Positions 1 through 9,839 of a stretch of DNA of 64,000 nucleotides are shown one piece after another. The DNA comes from Trueperaceae bacterium. GTDB taxonomy: Bacteria; Deinococcota; Deinococci; Deinococcales; Trueperaceae. The notes below the pieces were generated by a model that worked only from the letters and a program-made list of their open reading frames with translations, did no database searches and was not told the origin of the DNA. Location: the NCBI GenBank assembly GCA_034521815.1, contig JAXHLW010000013.1, forward strand, positions 288,001 to 352,000. Direction: 5' to 3'. Positions within the stretch are counted from its first letter, which is position 1; every line of letters begins with the position of its first letter. The position numbers and the translations under genes are program-made.

Positions 1-63
1 GGAACGCTCATGGTGCGAGCCTATCCGCTCGGCCGCCCTCGCTCCGTGGTCCGGATCGCCTCC

Positions 64-1218
64 TCACGCCGTCGTCGCTGCGCCCGGCGCGGGCGCCCCG
101 CGCGAGAAGCGATCGACCGCGAACCGCGGCGTCCACCAGGGGCTGCTCCCCTCCAGCGCCAGGTCGGCCATCATGGCGCCCAGCGCGGGGCCGAACTTGA
201 ACCCGTGGCCGCTGAAGCCGCCGGCGACCCACGCCGAGGGCACGCTGGGGTGCGCCCCGATCACGAAATCGCTGTCGGGACTCTTCGTGTACAGGCACAG
301 CGACGCAGAAAGCATCGGTCCTACACCGGGAAGCAGACGCCGAACGCGCTGCACGGTCCGCTCCGCGCGGGTCGCGTCGGAAGCGTCCGCACGCTCGGCC
401 AGGCGGATCCGTGGCGCGCCCGAGTGGTCGCTGACCTTCACCGCCGCAGGGTGCTCCAGACGCCCCATACCGTAGGTGTCCGTGTCGCGATCGATGAACA
501 CGGGCATCGTCTCCGCCCCATGGTCCGGCCCAGCGGGAGCGCCCAGGTAGAGCACCTGCTGCTGTTCGATCCAGAGCGGCACGTCCACGGCCAGCGGGCC
601 CTCGGCCAGCCAAGGCCCGGCCGCGACGATCGCCCCGTCGGCGGCGATCCGCTCGCCGCTCGCCGTCGCCGCGACGATCCCGCCGGCGTCGGGCTCGAGA
701 CCGGCCAGCGGCGTCTCGAACCGCAGCTCGGCCCCAAGGTCGGCTGCGCGGCGAAGCGCGGCGAGCAGCGCCCGGTCCGCTGCCACCACGCCCGCGTCGG
801 GCTGATGAATCGCCTCGACGTCCGACGCCGGAGCGAACGCCGGAAAGCGCTGCCGGACCTCGGCGGCGTCCATGCGTCGGTGCGGGCGGCCGTGGGCGCG
901 CAGCGCCTCCTCGATCCGAGGCAGCTCGCTGCCGCCGCGCGTCTCGAGGTCCAGCCCGCCCGAGCGCCACACCAGCCGCTCGCCGCTGTCGCGCTCCAGC
1001 GCCCGCCAGCCCTCGTCCGCACGGACGGCCAGTCGGACGTAGTCGGTCTCGGGGTAGGCGTGCCGGAAGATGCGCGAGCCCCCGTGCGACGAGCCGCGGT
1101 CGTGGCCGCATGAGCGTGCCTCGAGCAGGGTGACGCGGACGCCGCGCTCCGCCAGCGCCAGAGCGGTGAACGAGCCGGCCAGACCGGCGCCGACGATGAT
1201 CAGATGCGATGTCGACAT
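64..1218 (-). CDS. solA: N-methyl-L-tryptophan oxidase / monomeric sarcosine oxidase family flavoprotein
   Basis: IIVGAGLAG FAD motif, HDRGSSHGGSRIFRHAY, GGFSGHGFKFGP. Start ATG 1218 is preceded by TATGCT (-10-like). Confidence 0.85.
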   Translation of the reverse strand: MSTSHLIIVGAGLAGSFTALALAERGVRVTLLEARSCGHDRGSSHGGSRIFRHAYPETDYVRLAVRADEGWRALERDSGERLVWRSGGLDLETRGGSELPRIEEALRAHGRPHRRMDAAEVRQRFPAFAPASDVEAIHQPDAGVVAADRALLAALRRAADLGAELRFETPLAGLEPDAGGIVAATASGERIAADGAIVAAGPWLAEGPLAVDVPLWIEQQQVLYLGAPAGPDHGAETMPVFIDRDTDTYGMGRLEHPAAVKVSDHSGAPRIRLAERADASDATRAERTVQRVRRLLPGVGPMLSASLCLYTKSPDSDFVIGAHPSVPSAWVAGGFSGHGFKFGPALGAMMADLALEGSSPWWTPRFAVDRFSRGAPAPGAATTA

Positions 1219-1299
1219 GGGGCAGCATAGTCCGCCCGGCACGACGCCTGGCGCGAACCTCGCCGGAGGGTCGCGAGAACCGGTGGTATCCTCCGCGGC

Positions 1300-2607
1300 A
1301 TGCCCGACGTGCCCGATCCCCTCCCCCTGGTGCCCACCGGTCCGGTGGACCTGGAGATTCGCGTGCCCGGCTCGAAGTCGCTCACGAACCGTGCGCTGGC
1401 CGTCGCGGCGCTCGCGGACGGCGTGAGCGAGCTGAGCGGCGCGCTGATCGCGGAGGATCGCGCGGTGATGGCGGACGGCCTGCGTCAGCTGGGCATCGAC
1501 GTCGAGGGGGAGGGCGAGGAGGTCTCGGTGCACGGTGCCGGCGGCCGGATTCCGGCCGAGGAGGCCGAGCTGGACCTGCGCCTCTCGGGCACGGCGATCC
1601 GCTTTCTCGCGGCGATCTGCGCGCTGGGCCACGGCAGCTACCGGCTGGACGGAAACGCGCGCATGCGCGAGAGGCCGATCCGGGATCAGCTCGATGCGCT
1701 GCGTGCGCTGGGCGCAGACGCCGTCGACGAGACGGGGAGCGGCTGTCCACCGATCCGGATCGAGGCGAGCGGCCTTCGGGGCGGCACCGTCCGTGTGGCC
1801 GGCGATCGCTCGTCGCAGTACCTGTCGGCCTTGCTGATGGCGGCGCCGGCCGCGGACGGGCCCGTCCGGCTGGAGGTGCAGGGCGAGCTCCTCTCCAAGC
1901 CGTTCGTCGACATGACGATCGGGGTGATGGAGGCGTTCGGCGTTTCGGTCGTTCGTGACGGCTACGCGGCGTTCGACGTCGCGCCGTCCCGCTACCATGC
2001 CCGTGCATACGAGATCGAGGCCGATGCGATGGCGGCCGGCTACTTCTGGGCCGCCGCGGCCGTCACCGGTGGCCGCGTACGGACCCCGGGCGTAGGCGCT
2101 GCGAGCGTGCAGGGCGACCGAAGACTGGCCGACGTCCTGGACGAGATGGGATGCCGCACCACGTGGGAACGAGACGGCGCCCAAGTCGTCGGCCCTCCGG
2201 TCGGCCGCCTGCGGGGCGGAACGTTCGACCTGAACGACATGCCCGACCAGGCCCAGACGCTCGCGGTGTGTGCGCTGTTCGCCGACGAGCCCGTGCGGAT
2301 CGAGAACGTCTGGAACCTGCGCATCAAGGAGACCGACCGGCTGGCCGCGTTGGCGCGCGAGCTGTCACGCCTCGGCGCGACCGTCGTCGAGGAGGAGGAC
2401 GCGCTGACGGTCCACCCGCTCGAGCCGGGCGATCTCACGGGGCCGGTCACGATCGAGACCTACGGTGATCACCGCATGGCGATGGCGTTCGCCGTGGCGG
2501 GCTTGCGCCTCCCGGGCCTGTCGCTTCGCGATCCGGGCTGCGTCGCGAAGACGTACCCGGGCTTCTTCGAAGACTGGTCGCGACTCGCGCCGACGGCGCT
2601 ATCATGA
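1300..2607 (+). CDS. aroA: 3-phosphoshikimate 1-carboxyvinyltransferase (EPSP synthase)
   Basis: PGSKSLTNRAL, SSQYLSALLM, RIKETDRL, TYGDHRMAMAF, CVAKTYPGFF motifs. Confidence 0.97.
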   Translation: MPDVPDPLPLVPTGPVDLEIRVPGSKSLTNRALAVAALADGVSELSGALIAEDRAVMADGLRQLGIDVEGEGEEVSVHGAGGRIPAEEAELDLRLSGTAIRFLAAICALGHGSYRLDGNARMRERPIRDQLDALRALGADAVDETGSGCPPIRIEASGLRGGTVRVAGDRSSQYLSALLMAAPAADGPVRLEVQGELLSKPFVDMTIGVMEAFGVSVVRDGYAAFDVAPSRYHARAYEIEADAMAAGYFWAAAAVTGGRVRTPGVGAASVQGDRRLADVLDEMGCRTTWERDGAQVVGPPVGRLRGGTFDLNDMPDQAQTLAVCALFADEPVRIENVWNLRIKETDRLAALARELSRLGATVVEEEDALTVHPLEPGDLTGPVTIETYGDHRMAMAFAVAGLRLPGLSLRDPGCVAKTYPGFFEDWSRLAPTALS

Positions 2608-3260
2608 GCGACGTGCGCGACGTGATTACGATCGACGGCCCGGCGGCCAGCGGCAAGTCCACCGTGGCGTACCGGGTCGCCGCTCGTCTGGGCGTCCCGT
2701 TCGTCTCCTCGGGGCTGCTCTACCGAGCGGCGACGCGGCTGGCGCTGGACGCCGGCGCCGATCCGGCAGGCGAGGAGGGTCTCTTGTCGCTGCTGACCGA
2801 CCACGACGTGCGCCTGGTTCCCAGCGCCGACGGCAACCGCGTCCTCGTCGACGGCCGCGACGTGACGGCGGACCTGCACACCGACAGGGTGGACGAGGCC
2901 GTCTCGACCGTCGCCGCGCGGCCCCGGGTCCGGGCCTGGGTGAACGCCCGGCTCCGCGAGATCGACGGATCGTTCGTGATCGACGGTCGGGACATGGGCA
3001 AGGACGTGTTCGACGACGCCGTGGCGAAGGTGTACCTGACGGCCCGGCCCGAGGTGCGCGCCGCTCGCCGGGTCGGGGAGCGTGCCGCGGCGCTGGACGA
3101 AGTCACCGACGCTATCCGACGTCGTGACGCGCTGGATGCGCGCCAGTCGGCGCCGGCCGAGGAGGCGACCCTGATCGACACCAGCGACTTGGATCTCGAC
3201 CAGGTCGTGACGCGGGTACTGACCGTCGTCGCCTCGCGGCGCGGCGCCGTGCGATCGTGA
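2604..3260 (+). CDS. cmk: cytidylate kinase
   Basis: ITIDGPAASGKST P-loop, SGLLYRA, DGRDMG; ATGA overlap with aroA. Confidence 0.95.
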   Translation: MSDVRDVITIDGPAASGKSTVAYRVAARLGVPFVSSGLLYRAATRLALDAGADPAGEEGLLSLLTDHDVRLVPSADGNRVLVDGRDVTADLHTDRVDEAVSTVAARPRVRAWVNARLREIDGSFVIDGRDMGKDVFDDAVAKVYLTARPEVRAARRVGERAAALDEVTDAIRRRDALDARQSAPAEEATLIDTSDLDLDQVVTRVLTVVASRRGAVRS

Positions 3261-4186
3261 GCAGCGTCGTCCGCTCGGCCTCGACGCTTCGGCGCGTGGT
3301 CGTGACCGCGAGCCGGCACAAGCCCGACGCGGTGCCGCTGGCCAGACGGTACGCCGACCGGCTCCGTGAGCTGGGTGCCGACGTGGACCTGGAGGTGGAC
3401 GGGAGCGCTTCGCTGGCCGAGCGGGCCAGGCACGCCGACCTCGTCGTGTCGGTCGGCGGCGACGGGACGCTGCTCGACGTCGCGCGTCGCTTGGTCGGCG
3501 CCGACGTGCCGGTCCTGGGGGTGAACCTGGGCAAGCTGGGGTTCCTGGCCGGCTTCTCGCCCGAGGAGTTCGAGGCCTACCTGGATGGCGCGTCGCCCCA
3601 CGCCTGGCGCGTCGACGAGGAGATGATGCTCCAGGCCCGCGTGAACGGAGGCCAGCCGCACGTCGCGCTCAACGACGTCGCCGTCTCGCAGGGCGTGATG
3701 ACCCGTCTGTTGGAGATCGACATGTGGGTCGCCGGCGAGCACGCCATCGCCTACCGTGCGGACGGTCTGGTCGTGAGCACGCCGGTGGGCTCGACCGCGT
3801 ACTCGCTGTCGCTGGGCGGACCGATCCTGGGCCGGGGATTGCGGGCGTTCGTGATCACCCCGATCGCGCCGCATTCGCTCACCAACCGTCCGATCGTGGT
3901 CGGTGCCGACGTGTCCATCGAGTTCGTGGTGCACGGACGGATCGACGAGCTGGCCCTGCTCGCCGACGGACAGGAGCGCATCGATCTGGGCGAGGGCGAC
4001 CGCGTCGAGATCGATGCGGCATCCGGCACGGTGCTTCTCGTCAGCAGCGGACGACTGGGGCCGTACGGCGTGATGCGCGAGAAGCTGGGCTGGGGGCTCG
4101 GTCCGGCGATGAGCCGAAACGCGGGTGCTCCGGCCGGCGCCAAGAAGGTGTCGGAGACGGAGACCAGCGCCGACGAAACCGTGTGA
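3257..4186 (+). CDS. nadK: NAD(+) kinase
   Basis: GGDGTLL, GVNLGKLGFL, ALND, ADGLVVSTPVGSTAYSLSLGGPI. Confidence 0.95.
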   Translation: MSSVVRSASTLRRVVVTASRHKPDAVPLARRYADRLRELGADVDLEVDGSASLAERARHADLVVSVGGDGTLLDVARRLVGADVPVLGVNLGKLGFLAGFSPEEFEAYLDGASPHAWRVDEEMMLQARVNGGQPHVALNDVAVSQGVMTRLLEIDMWVAGEHAIAYRADGLVVSTPVGSTAYSLSLGGPILGRGLRAFVITPIAPHSLTNRPIVVGADVSIEFVVHGRIDELALLADGQERIDLGEGDRVEIDAASGTVLLVSSGRLGPYGVMREKLGWGLGPAMSRNAGAPAGAKKVSETETSADETV

Positions 4187-4229
4187 TGGCTCCTATCGGG
4201 CGACGGACCGCCCCGGGCATGATCACCGA

Positions 4230-4848
4230 GTGAACGTGCTTCGCCCCGAATTCTTCCGACGTATCGACGAGCGCCCCGACGCCCTGTTCTACCGGCGGCC
4301 CCGTACCGCGTCGCATCTCGATGACGAGGCGATGCGGTTCGTGCGCGACGCGAACGACGAGCTCCTTCCTGGGGGCGGGCGGATTCTGGACCTGATGGCC
4401 GGGTCGTGCTCGCACCTCGGAGATCGTTATGCCGAGGTCGTCGGTCTGGGGTTGAACGCCGACGAGCTCCACGCCAACCCGACGGATCGGCTCGCCGGTC
4501 CTGTTCGACCTCAACCGGAACGCCGAGCTTCCGTTCGAGGCGGCGAGCTTCGACGGCGCCGTCTGCACCGTGAGCGTGCAGTACATGACGCGCCCGCTGG
4601 ACACGTTCGCGTCGCTGGCCCGTGCGCTGCGTCCCGGCGCACCGTTCGTCGTGGCGATCTCGACCCGCATGTTCGAGCAGAAGGCGGTGCTGGCGTGGCG
4701 AGCGTCGGACGACGAAGCGCACCTCCGGCTGGTCCGGACCTACTTCGAGGCGTCCGGCGGCTTCGGAGCGATCCACCAGCGTCATCACCGTCCGAGCGCC
4801 GGCGTCCCGGTGACCCTGCTGTGGGCGGCGGCCCGCGACGTGAACTGA
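4230..4848 (+). CDS. SAM-dependent methyltransferase (type 11), interrupted by a net +1 frameshift near 4482
   Basis: Frame 1 reads FFRRIDERPDALFY...ILDLMAGSCSHL...GLGLNADELHANP. It continues in the next frame as LFDLNRNAELPFEAASFDGAVCTVSVQYMTRP. Total length 619 = 3n+1. Confidence 0.8.
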
Positions 4849-4930
4849 CCGTTCGTCCGTAGCCGAGTCCGAGTCCGTCGCCGCGCCGCGCGGGAGGGGC
4901 CACGGGCCAGCGACGACTATACTGCCGGTC

Positions 4931-6160
4931 GTGACGCGCCGCCCCAGGCTTCTTCTGCTCTCGAACGGACACGGCGAGGACATCGTCGCGGCCCGGCTGG
5001 CCCGCGAGCTGCACGAGATCCGTCCCGACGTCGACCTGAGGGCGTTTCCGACGGTCGGCCCCGGACGCGCCTATCGGGGCGGTCCCGCGAGGCGGGTCGG
5101 TCCGCTGCGGTCGCTGCCGAGCGAAGGGCTCACGTTCGAGCGGCACGACGTGCTCGGCGCCGATCTCCGAGCCGGTCTCGTTGCCATGACGCTGGCGCAA
5201 GCTCGCGACCTCCGTGCGATCCGGACCGAGGTGGTGGTCGCCGTCGGCGACGTGTGGATCGAAGCTCTGGGGACGCTGCCACGTGCGCGGCGGCGTTACG
5301 CCGTGCAGACGCTGCTGTCCGTCCGCATGGCCGGGGAGAGGCGTCGCTGGGGGATCGGCGCGTTCCGGGAGCGGTTCACGCTGGTCGAGCGGCTGCTGCT
5401 GCGTGCGTCGTATCGCCGCGTGTACCTTCGGGACGACGCCAGCGCGGATGCGCTCCGGGGCCGGGGCGTGCGACAGGCGCGAAGCGTCGGGAACCCGATG
5501 ATGGACGGCCTCGACGTCGCGCCGCTGCCGCTGCGGCGGGGAGACCACCCCTGCGTGGTGCTGCTGCCCGGCAGCCGTCGCTACGCGAACGACGCGCTGA
5601 CCGTCATGCTGGACGCGCTGACGCGGCTGCGGTCGGTGGTCGCCGTTCTGCCATGGGCCGGCGACGCCACGCCGACGGCGCCGGCCGGCTGGAGCACGTC
5701 CGACGGTCCCCTCGGCGGCCCCGTCTGGCACCGGGACGGCGCCGTGGTCCACGTCGCGGGTCGGTTCGAGGAAGCGCTCGCCTGGGCCGAGCTCGCGATC
5801 GGGACGAGCGGCACCGCGCACGAGCAGGCCGCGGGGCGAGGGGTCCCCGTGATCGCGTTTCCGTGCGGTCCGAGCTACCGGCCTTCGTTCCTCGCCCGGC
5901 AGCGGCGCCTGCTGGGGGACGCCGTCGAGATCGTCGCCGCCGACGGTGGCGTCGTCGCCGACGCCGTTCGTTCGCTGGCGGCGCAGCCGGACGAGCTGCG
6001 AAGACGCGCACAGGTCGGTCGCGACCGCATGGGCCCCGCGGGCGGAGCCAGGCGGATCGCGGCCGAGGTGCTGGCCGACGCGGCCGGCGCCCTGGACCGT
6101 GCAGCCGACGCTCGAGACGGCCCGACGAAGGTAGCCTCGGCCATTGGAGACGTCACGTGA
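4931..6160 (+). CDS. lipid-A-disaccharide synthase-related GT-B protein (cyanobacteria/Deinococcota family)
   Basis: N-terminal LLLSNGHGEDI, VGNPMMDGL, LLPGSR, GTAHEQAAGRGVPVI. Confidence 0.8.
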   Translation: MTRRPRLLLLSNGHGEDIVAARLARELHEIRPDVDLRAFPTVGPGRAYRGGPARRVGPLRSLPSEGLTFERHDVLGADLRAGLVAMTLAQARDLRAIRTEVVVAVGDVWIEALGTLPRARRRYAVQTLLSVRMAGERRRWGIGAFRERFTLVERLLLRASYRRVYLRDDASADALRGRGVRQARSVGNPMMDGLDVAPLPLRRGDHPCVVLLPGSRRYANDALTVMLDALTRLRSVVAVLPWAGDATPTAPAGWSTSDGPLGGPVWHRDGAVVHVAGRFEEALAWAELAIGTSGTAHEQAAGRGVPVIAFPCGPSYRPSFLARQRRLLGDAVEIVAADGGVVADAVRSLAAQPDELRRRAQVGRDRMGPAGGARRIAAEVLADAAGALDRAADARDGPTKVASAIGDVT

Positions 6161-7410
6161 CCCGACCACCGAACCCCGACCGTTCCGAGCTCGACCGTTC
6201 CGAGCCCGACCGTTCCCCGCACGAAGCGTCGCCCGTCCAGGGCGCTCGCTCCGCCGACCCGGCCACCGCAGCCCGTGCGAGCCGCGGTGCGAGCCGCGGT
6301 GCGAGCGAGGTGGTGGTGGAGCTCGACACGGTGACGAAGAGCTACCAAGACCCGGCCCACCCGGCCGTGGACCGTCTGTCGCTACGCGTCGCGCGCGGCG
6401 AGACGGTCGCGCTGCTCGGACCGTCGGGATGCGGCAAGACGACGCTGCTACGTCTCATCGCGGGCTTCGAGGCCCCCGATTCCGGCTCGGTCGTCGTGGC
6501 GGGCCGAACCGTGTCCAGTCCGACCGTGTTCGTGCCGCCCGAGGACCGCCGGATCGGGTTCGTGTTCCAGGACTACGCGCTGTTCCCCCATCTCGACGTG
6601 CTCGGAAACGTCGCGTTCGGGCTGCGTCAGCGCTCGGCCGCGGCCAGGCGACAGCGCGCCCGCGAGGTGCTGGACCTGGTGGGGCTCACCGTGTTCGCTC
6701 GGCGCTACCCGGGCCAGCTGTCGGGGGGGCAGCAGCAGCGGGTCGCCCTGGCGCGGGCGCTGGCGCCCGGTCCCGATCTGATCCTGCTCGACGAGCCGTT
6801 CAGCAACCTCGACGCCGCCCTGCGCGCGGGAACGCGCGACGAGGTCCGCCGCATCCTGGAGCGCAGCGGAGCGACGACCCTGCTCGTGACGCACGATCAG
6901 GAGGAGGCGATGACGTTCTCCGATCGGCTGGCGGTGATGCGAGCGGGCCGGCTGGAGCAGGAGGGAGCGCCGGAGGAGACGTACCTGACGCCGCGTACGG
7001 CGTTCGTCGCCGGCTTTTTGGGCAGGACGAACCTGGTCCGTGGCGATGCGAACGGAGACACGGTCAGGACCAGTCTCGGCGAGGTGCCCCTGACACGCGC
7101 CTCGTTCGGTCAGGTGCTCGTCTCGTTGCGGCCCGAGGACCTGGTGCTCGTGCCCGGTCGCGAGCACGACGACGACGAGGCCGCGCTCCAGGGGCCGCCG
7201 GGCAGCGCCGGCGGCCTTCCGGTCGTCGTGACCGAGCGCAGCTTCCACGGGCACGATCTCGTGTTCCGCTGCCGCGCGGTGGCGCCGGGCGTGGGGGCCG
7301 ACGAAGGGTGGATCGTGCGGACCGGACCGGCGGCGACCTTGCAGCCCGGCCAGCGCGCCTGTCTGCACGCGCGCGGCGCGGCGGTCCCGCTCGAGAGCAG
7401 CCGCCGCTGA
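6157..7410 (+). CDS. ABC transporter ATP-binding protein (FbpC/PotA-like)
   Basis: [45 protein letters not shown]. Start is uncertain (GTG 6157 or about 6310). Confidence 0.88.
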   Translation: MTRPPNPDRSELDRSEPDRSPHEASPVQGARSADPATAARASRGASRGASEVVVELDTVTKSYQDPAHPAVDRLSLRVARGETVALLGPSGCGKTTLLRLIAGFEAPDSGSVVVAGRTVSSPTVFVPPEDRRIGFVFQDYALFPHLDVLGNVAFGLRQRSAAARRQRAREVLDLVGLTVFARRYPGQLSGGQQQRVALARALAPGPDLILLDEPFSNLDAALRAGTRDEVRRILERSGATTLLVTHDQEEAMTFSDRLAVMRAGRLEQEGAPEETYLTPRTAFVAGFLGRTNLVRGDANGDTVRTSLGEVPLTRASFGQVLVSLRPEDLVLVPGREHDDDEAALQGPPGSAGGLPVVVTERSFHGHDLVFRCRAVAPGVGADEGWIVRTGPAATLQPGQRACLHARGAAVPLESSRR

Positions 7411-7416
7411 GCGGCG

Positions 7417-8553
7417 TCAGGGACGCTGTGGGGCGAGCGGTTCCTGGAGCAGCTCGGAGAGTCGGGACAGGCAGCGGTGGTGCTTCTTGGCGTACGCGCC
7501 TTCGCGGTACGACCGGTCGAAGATCGCTCCTGGCGGGACGGTGCCGCTGGCGCGCAGGCGCACGCCCATGTCGTAGAGCTTGTCGATGAAGTGCACGAAC
7601 CGTAGCGCGTCGTTCTGGTCGGCGATCGGCTCGATCCCGTCGATCACCAGCACGTCGGCGTCACGGAGCAGCCCGCCGTAGCGGATCGGGTGCAGCTGCG
7701 CCAAGGCCCGGGTCAGCTCCGCACCGGTCGTGGCGACCACGGTTCCCGTCGCCTCGCGCACGGTCGACGCCAGCTCCGCCGCGGACGTCCACTGCCCGCG
7801 CCGCGCTCCGGCACGATGATCGGGGCCGTCGATCGGAACCACGGTGAACCGGTCGGCGATTCCCTGGATCTCGCGACGGAAGTCGCTCGCCGCGAACCGG
7901 CCGGCGCCTTGCGAGGCCGGCTCGGTGTTCGACGTCGTCAGCACCGAGGTGCCCCGCGCGAACGCCTCGCGCAGGAACGTCGCGATCATCAGCGTGTTGC
8001 CGGGATCGTCGAGCTCGAACTCGTCCAGGCACACCAGCGCGACGTCGGCGAACGCGTCGCGCGCACCGTCCCGCCCCAACGCGCCCAGCAGATAGACGAG
8101 CTCCTGGAACGACAGGTAGCTCTTCGCTCGGACCGGGAGCCGTGCCGCGTGCCAGGCCGCGGCGAGAAGGTGCGTCTTGCCGACCCCGAACCCGCCGTCG
8201 AGGTACAGGCCGGTTCCTTCCCGCCGTCGGCGCCAAGGCAGGATGCGCCGCCTTGGCGCCGCCGTTTCGGCAGCGGCCCGGGCGAAGTCGGCCACCGCGT
8301 CGCGAGCCTCCGCCTGCGAGGGGTGGGCGGGCCGGTACGCCGCGAACGACGTGGTTCCGAACCGGGGCGGTGGAACGAAGCCGTCCAGACTCGTGGCCGC
8401 CGGCGTGTCGCTGGCCGCCGGCAGCCCTCGGACGACGTCGCGACCTGGCCCACGTCGCATGGGTCCGGGATCCGTTTCGCGATCGCCCTCTTGATTGGCC
8501 TCGTGATCGGGGCGAAACGCGCGAGGGCCCGTCGAGGGGGGAATCGTCGGCAC
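7417..8553 (-). CDS. zapE: AFG1/ZapE family ATPase
   Basis: GLYLDGGFGVGKTHLL, CLDEFELDDPGNT, TTSN, ALRFVHFIDKLYD, RCLSRLSE. GTG 8553 is preceded by TAGCGT-N6. Confidence 0.88.
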   Translation of the reverse strand: MPTIPPSTGPRAFRPDHEANQEGDRETDPGPMRRGPGRDVVRGLPAASDTPAATSLDGFVPPPRFGTTSFAAYRPAHPSQAEARDAVADFARAAAETAAPRRRILPWRRRREGTGLYLDGGFGVGKTHLLAAAWHAARLPVRAKSYLSFQELVYLLGALGRDGARDAFADVALVCLDEFELDDPGNTLMIATFLREAFARGTSVLTTSNTEPASQGAGRFAASDFRREIQGIADRFTVVPIDGPDHRAGARRGQWTSAAELASTVREATGTVVATTGAELTRALAQLHPIRYGGLLRDADVLVIDGIEPIADQNDALRFVHFIDKLYDMGVRLRASGTVPPGAIFDRSYREGAYAKKHHRCLSRLSELLQEPLAPQRP

Positions 8554-8669
8554 GGGCGGACGCTACCACGCCTCTCGGCGGGCCCATCGGGCCGGCCCGC
8601 TCGTCGGGCCCGCTCCTCGCGGGACTCCCGCGCGTTGACGCCGTGTCGCGGTTCGCGTAGCATCGGGCG

Positions 8670-8797
8670 AGTCCGCGACTCGGGGAAGTCCGGTGCGAAT
8701 CCGGCGCTGTCCCGCAACGGTGTCCGCCCACGAGGCGGAAGCCCGATCACCGAGTCCAGGACCGAACGGCACCCCCTTGCGAGGACGAGGATGGGGC
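8670..8797 (+). promoter_or_regulatory. cobalamin riboswitch (compact, class II-like)
   Basis: Core GGGAAGTCCGGTGCGAATCCGGCGCTGTCCCGCAACGGT. GACTCGG/CCGAGTC closing helix. L5 GTCCCGCA is complementary to TGCGAGGAC at 8778-8786 (kissing loop). Lies upstream of btuFCD; -10 TAGCAT at 8658. Confidence 0.92.
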
Positions 8798-8918
8798 GCC
8801 CCGGTCGCTACGACACGCGCGCTTCGACAGGGTTACGGCACGCACGCGTCGCTTCGCCTCCCCGGCATCCCACGGCACATCGGCCGCTCGTTCTTCGCAG
8901 GAGCCCGAGGAGGCTCAT

Positions 8919-9839
8919 GTGAAGCATGCCCGTGACCACCGGAACCCCGCCGCCATTCTCGTTTCCCGCGCCGTCGCGCCGGTCGCCATCGTCTTGGCGA
9001 TCCTCGCCTTCGGCGTCGCCTTCGCGCAGGGGCGCGTCGTCGACGATCTGGGACGCGAGATCGTCCTGGACGCCTCGCCGCTGCGGATCGTGACGATGGT
9101 CCCCACCCACACCGAGACCGTCTGCGCGCTGGGCGCGTGCGACCGTCTGGTCGGCGTGGACTCGTTCAGCAACGTCCCCGCCGAGGTGAGCCGTCTCCCC
9201 GACCTGGGCAGCGCCTTCGACGCCGACCTCGAGGCGTTGATCGCCTTGGAGCCCGACCTGGTGCTGACCGACGAGTACAGCGGTCTCGCCGAGGCGCTCG
9301 TGCCGCTCGGGATCCCCGTGTACGCCGGCACGCCGCAGACGGTGGCCGAGGTGTGGAGCACGACCGAGGCGCTGGCCACCCTGCTGGGCCTCGAGAGCGA
9401 AGCGGCTCTCCTGATCGGTAGGGCGCAGGGCCGGGTGGAGGCGCTGAGCGCATCGGTCGCCGGGCTGCCGGCGCCACGGGTCTTCGTCGAGCTCGACGCG
9501 ACGCCGTACAGCGTCGGGCCGGGGTCGTACCTGGGCGAGCTGCTGACCCTCGCCAGGGCCGACAACATCGTGCCCGGCCGCCTGGGCGACTTCCCGCAGG
9601 TGGATCCCGAGCTCGTCGTCGCCGAGGATCCGCAGGTGATGATCCTGCTCGACGCGCCGTTCGGCGAGAGCGCCGAGACCGTGGCCGCCAGGCCGGGCTG
9701 GGGCTCGCTGTCCGCGGTGCGGGACGGCGCGGTGATCGAGCTGGACCAGGCCAGCGTGGACCTTCTCACGCGTGCCGGACCCAGGCTCCCAGACGCGCTC
9801 GAGCTTCTGATCGAGCTTCTGCGGGAGGTCAGACCCTAG
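8919..9839 (+). CDS. btuF: cobalamin ABC transporter substrate-binding protein
   Basis: Signal peptide, DDLGREI, RIVTMVPTHTETVCALGA, TRAGPRL; downstream of the B12 riboswitch. Confidence 0.88.
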   Translation: MKHARDHRNPAAILVSRAVAPVAIVLAILAFGVAFAQGRVVDDLGREIVLDASPLRIVTMVPTHTETVCALGACDRLVGVDSFSNVPAEVSRLPDLGSAFDADLEALIALEPDLVLTDEYSGLAEALVPLGIPVYAGTPQTVAEVWSTTEALATLLGLESEAALLIGRAQGRVEALSASVAGLPAPRVFVELDATPYSVGPGSYLGELLTLARADNIVPGRLGDFPQVDPELVVAEDPQVMILLDAPFGESAETVAARPGWGSLSAVRDGAVIELDQASVDLLTRAGPRLPDALELLIELLREVRP

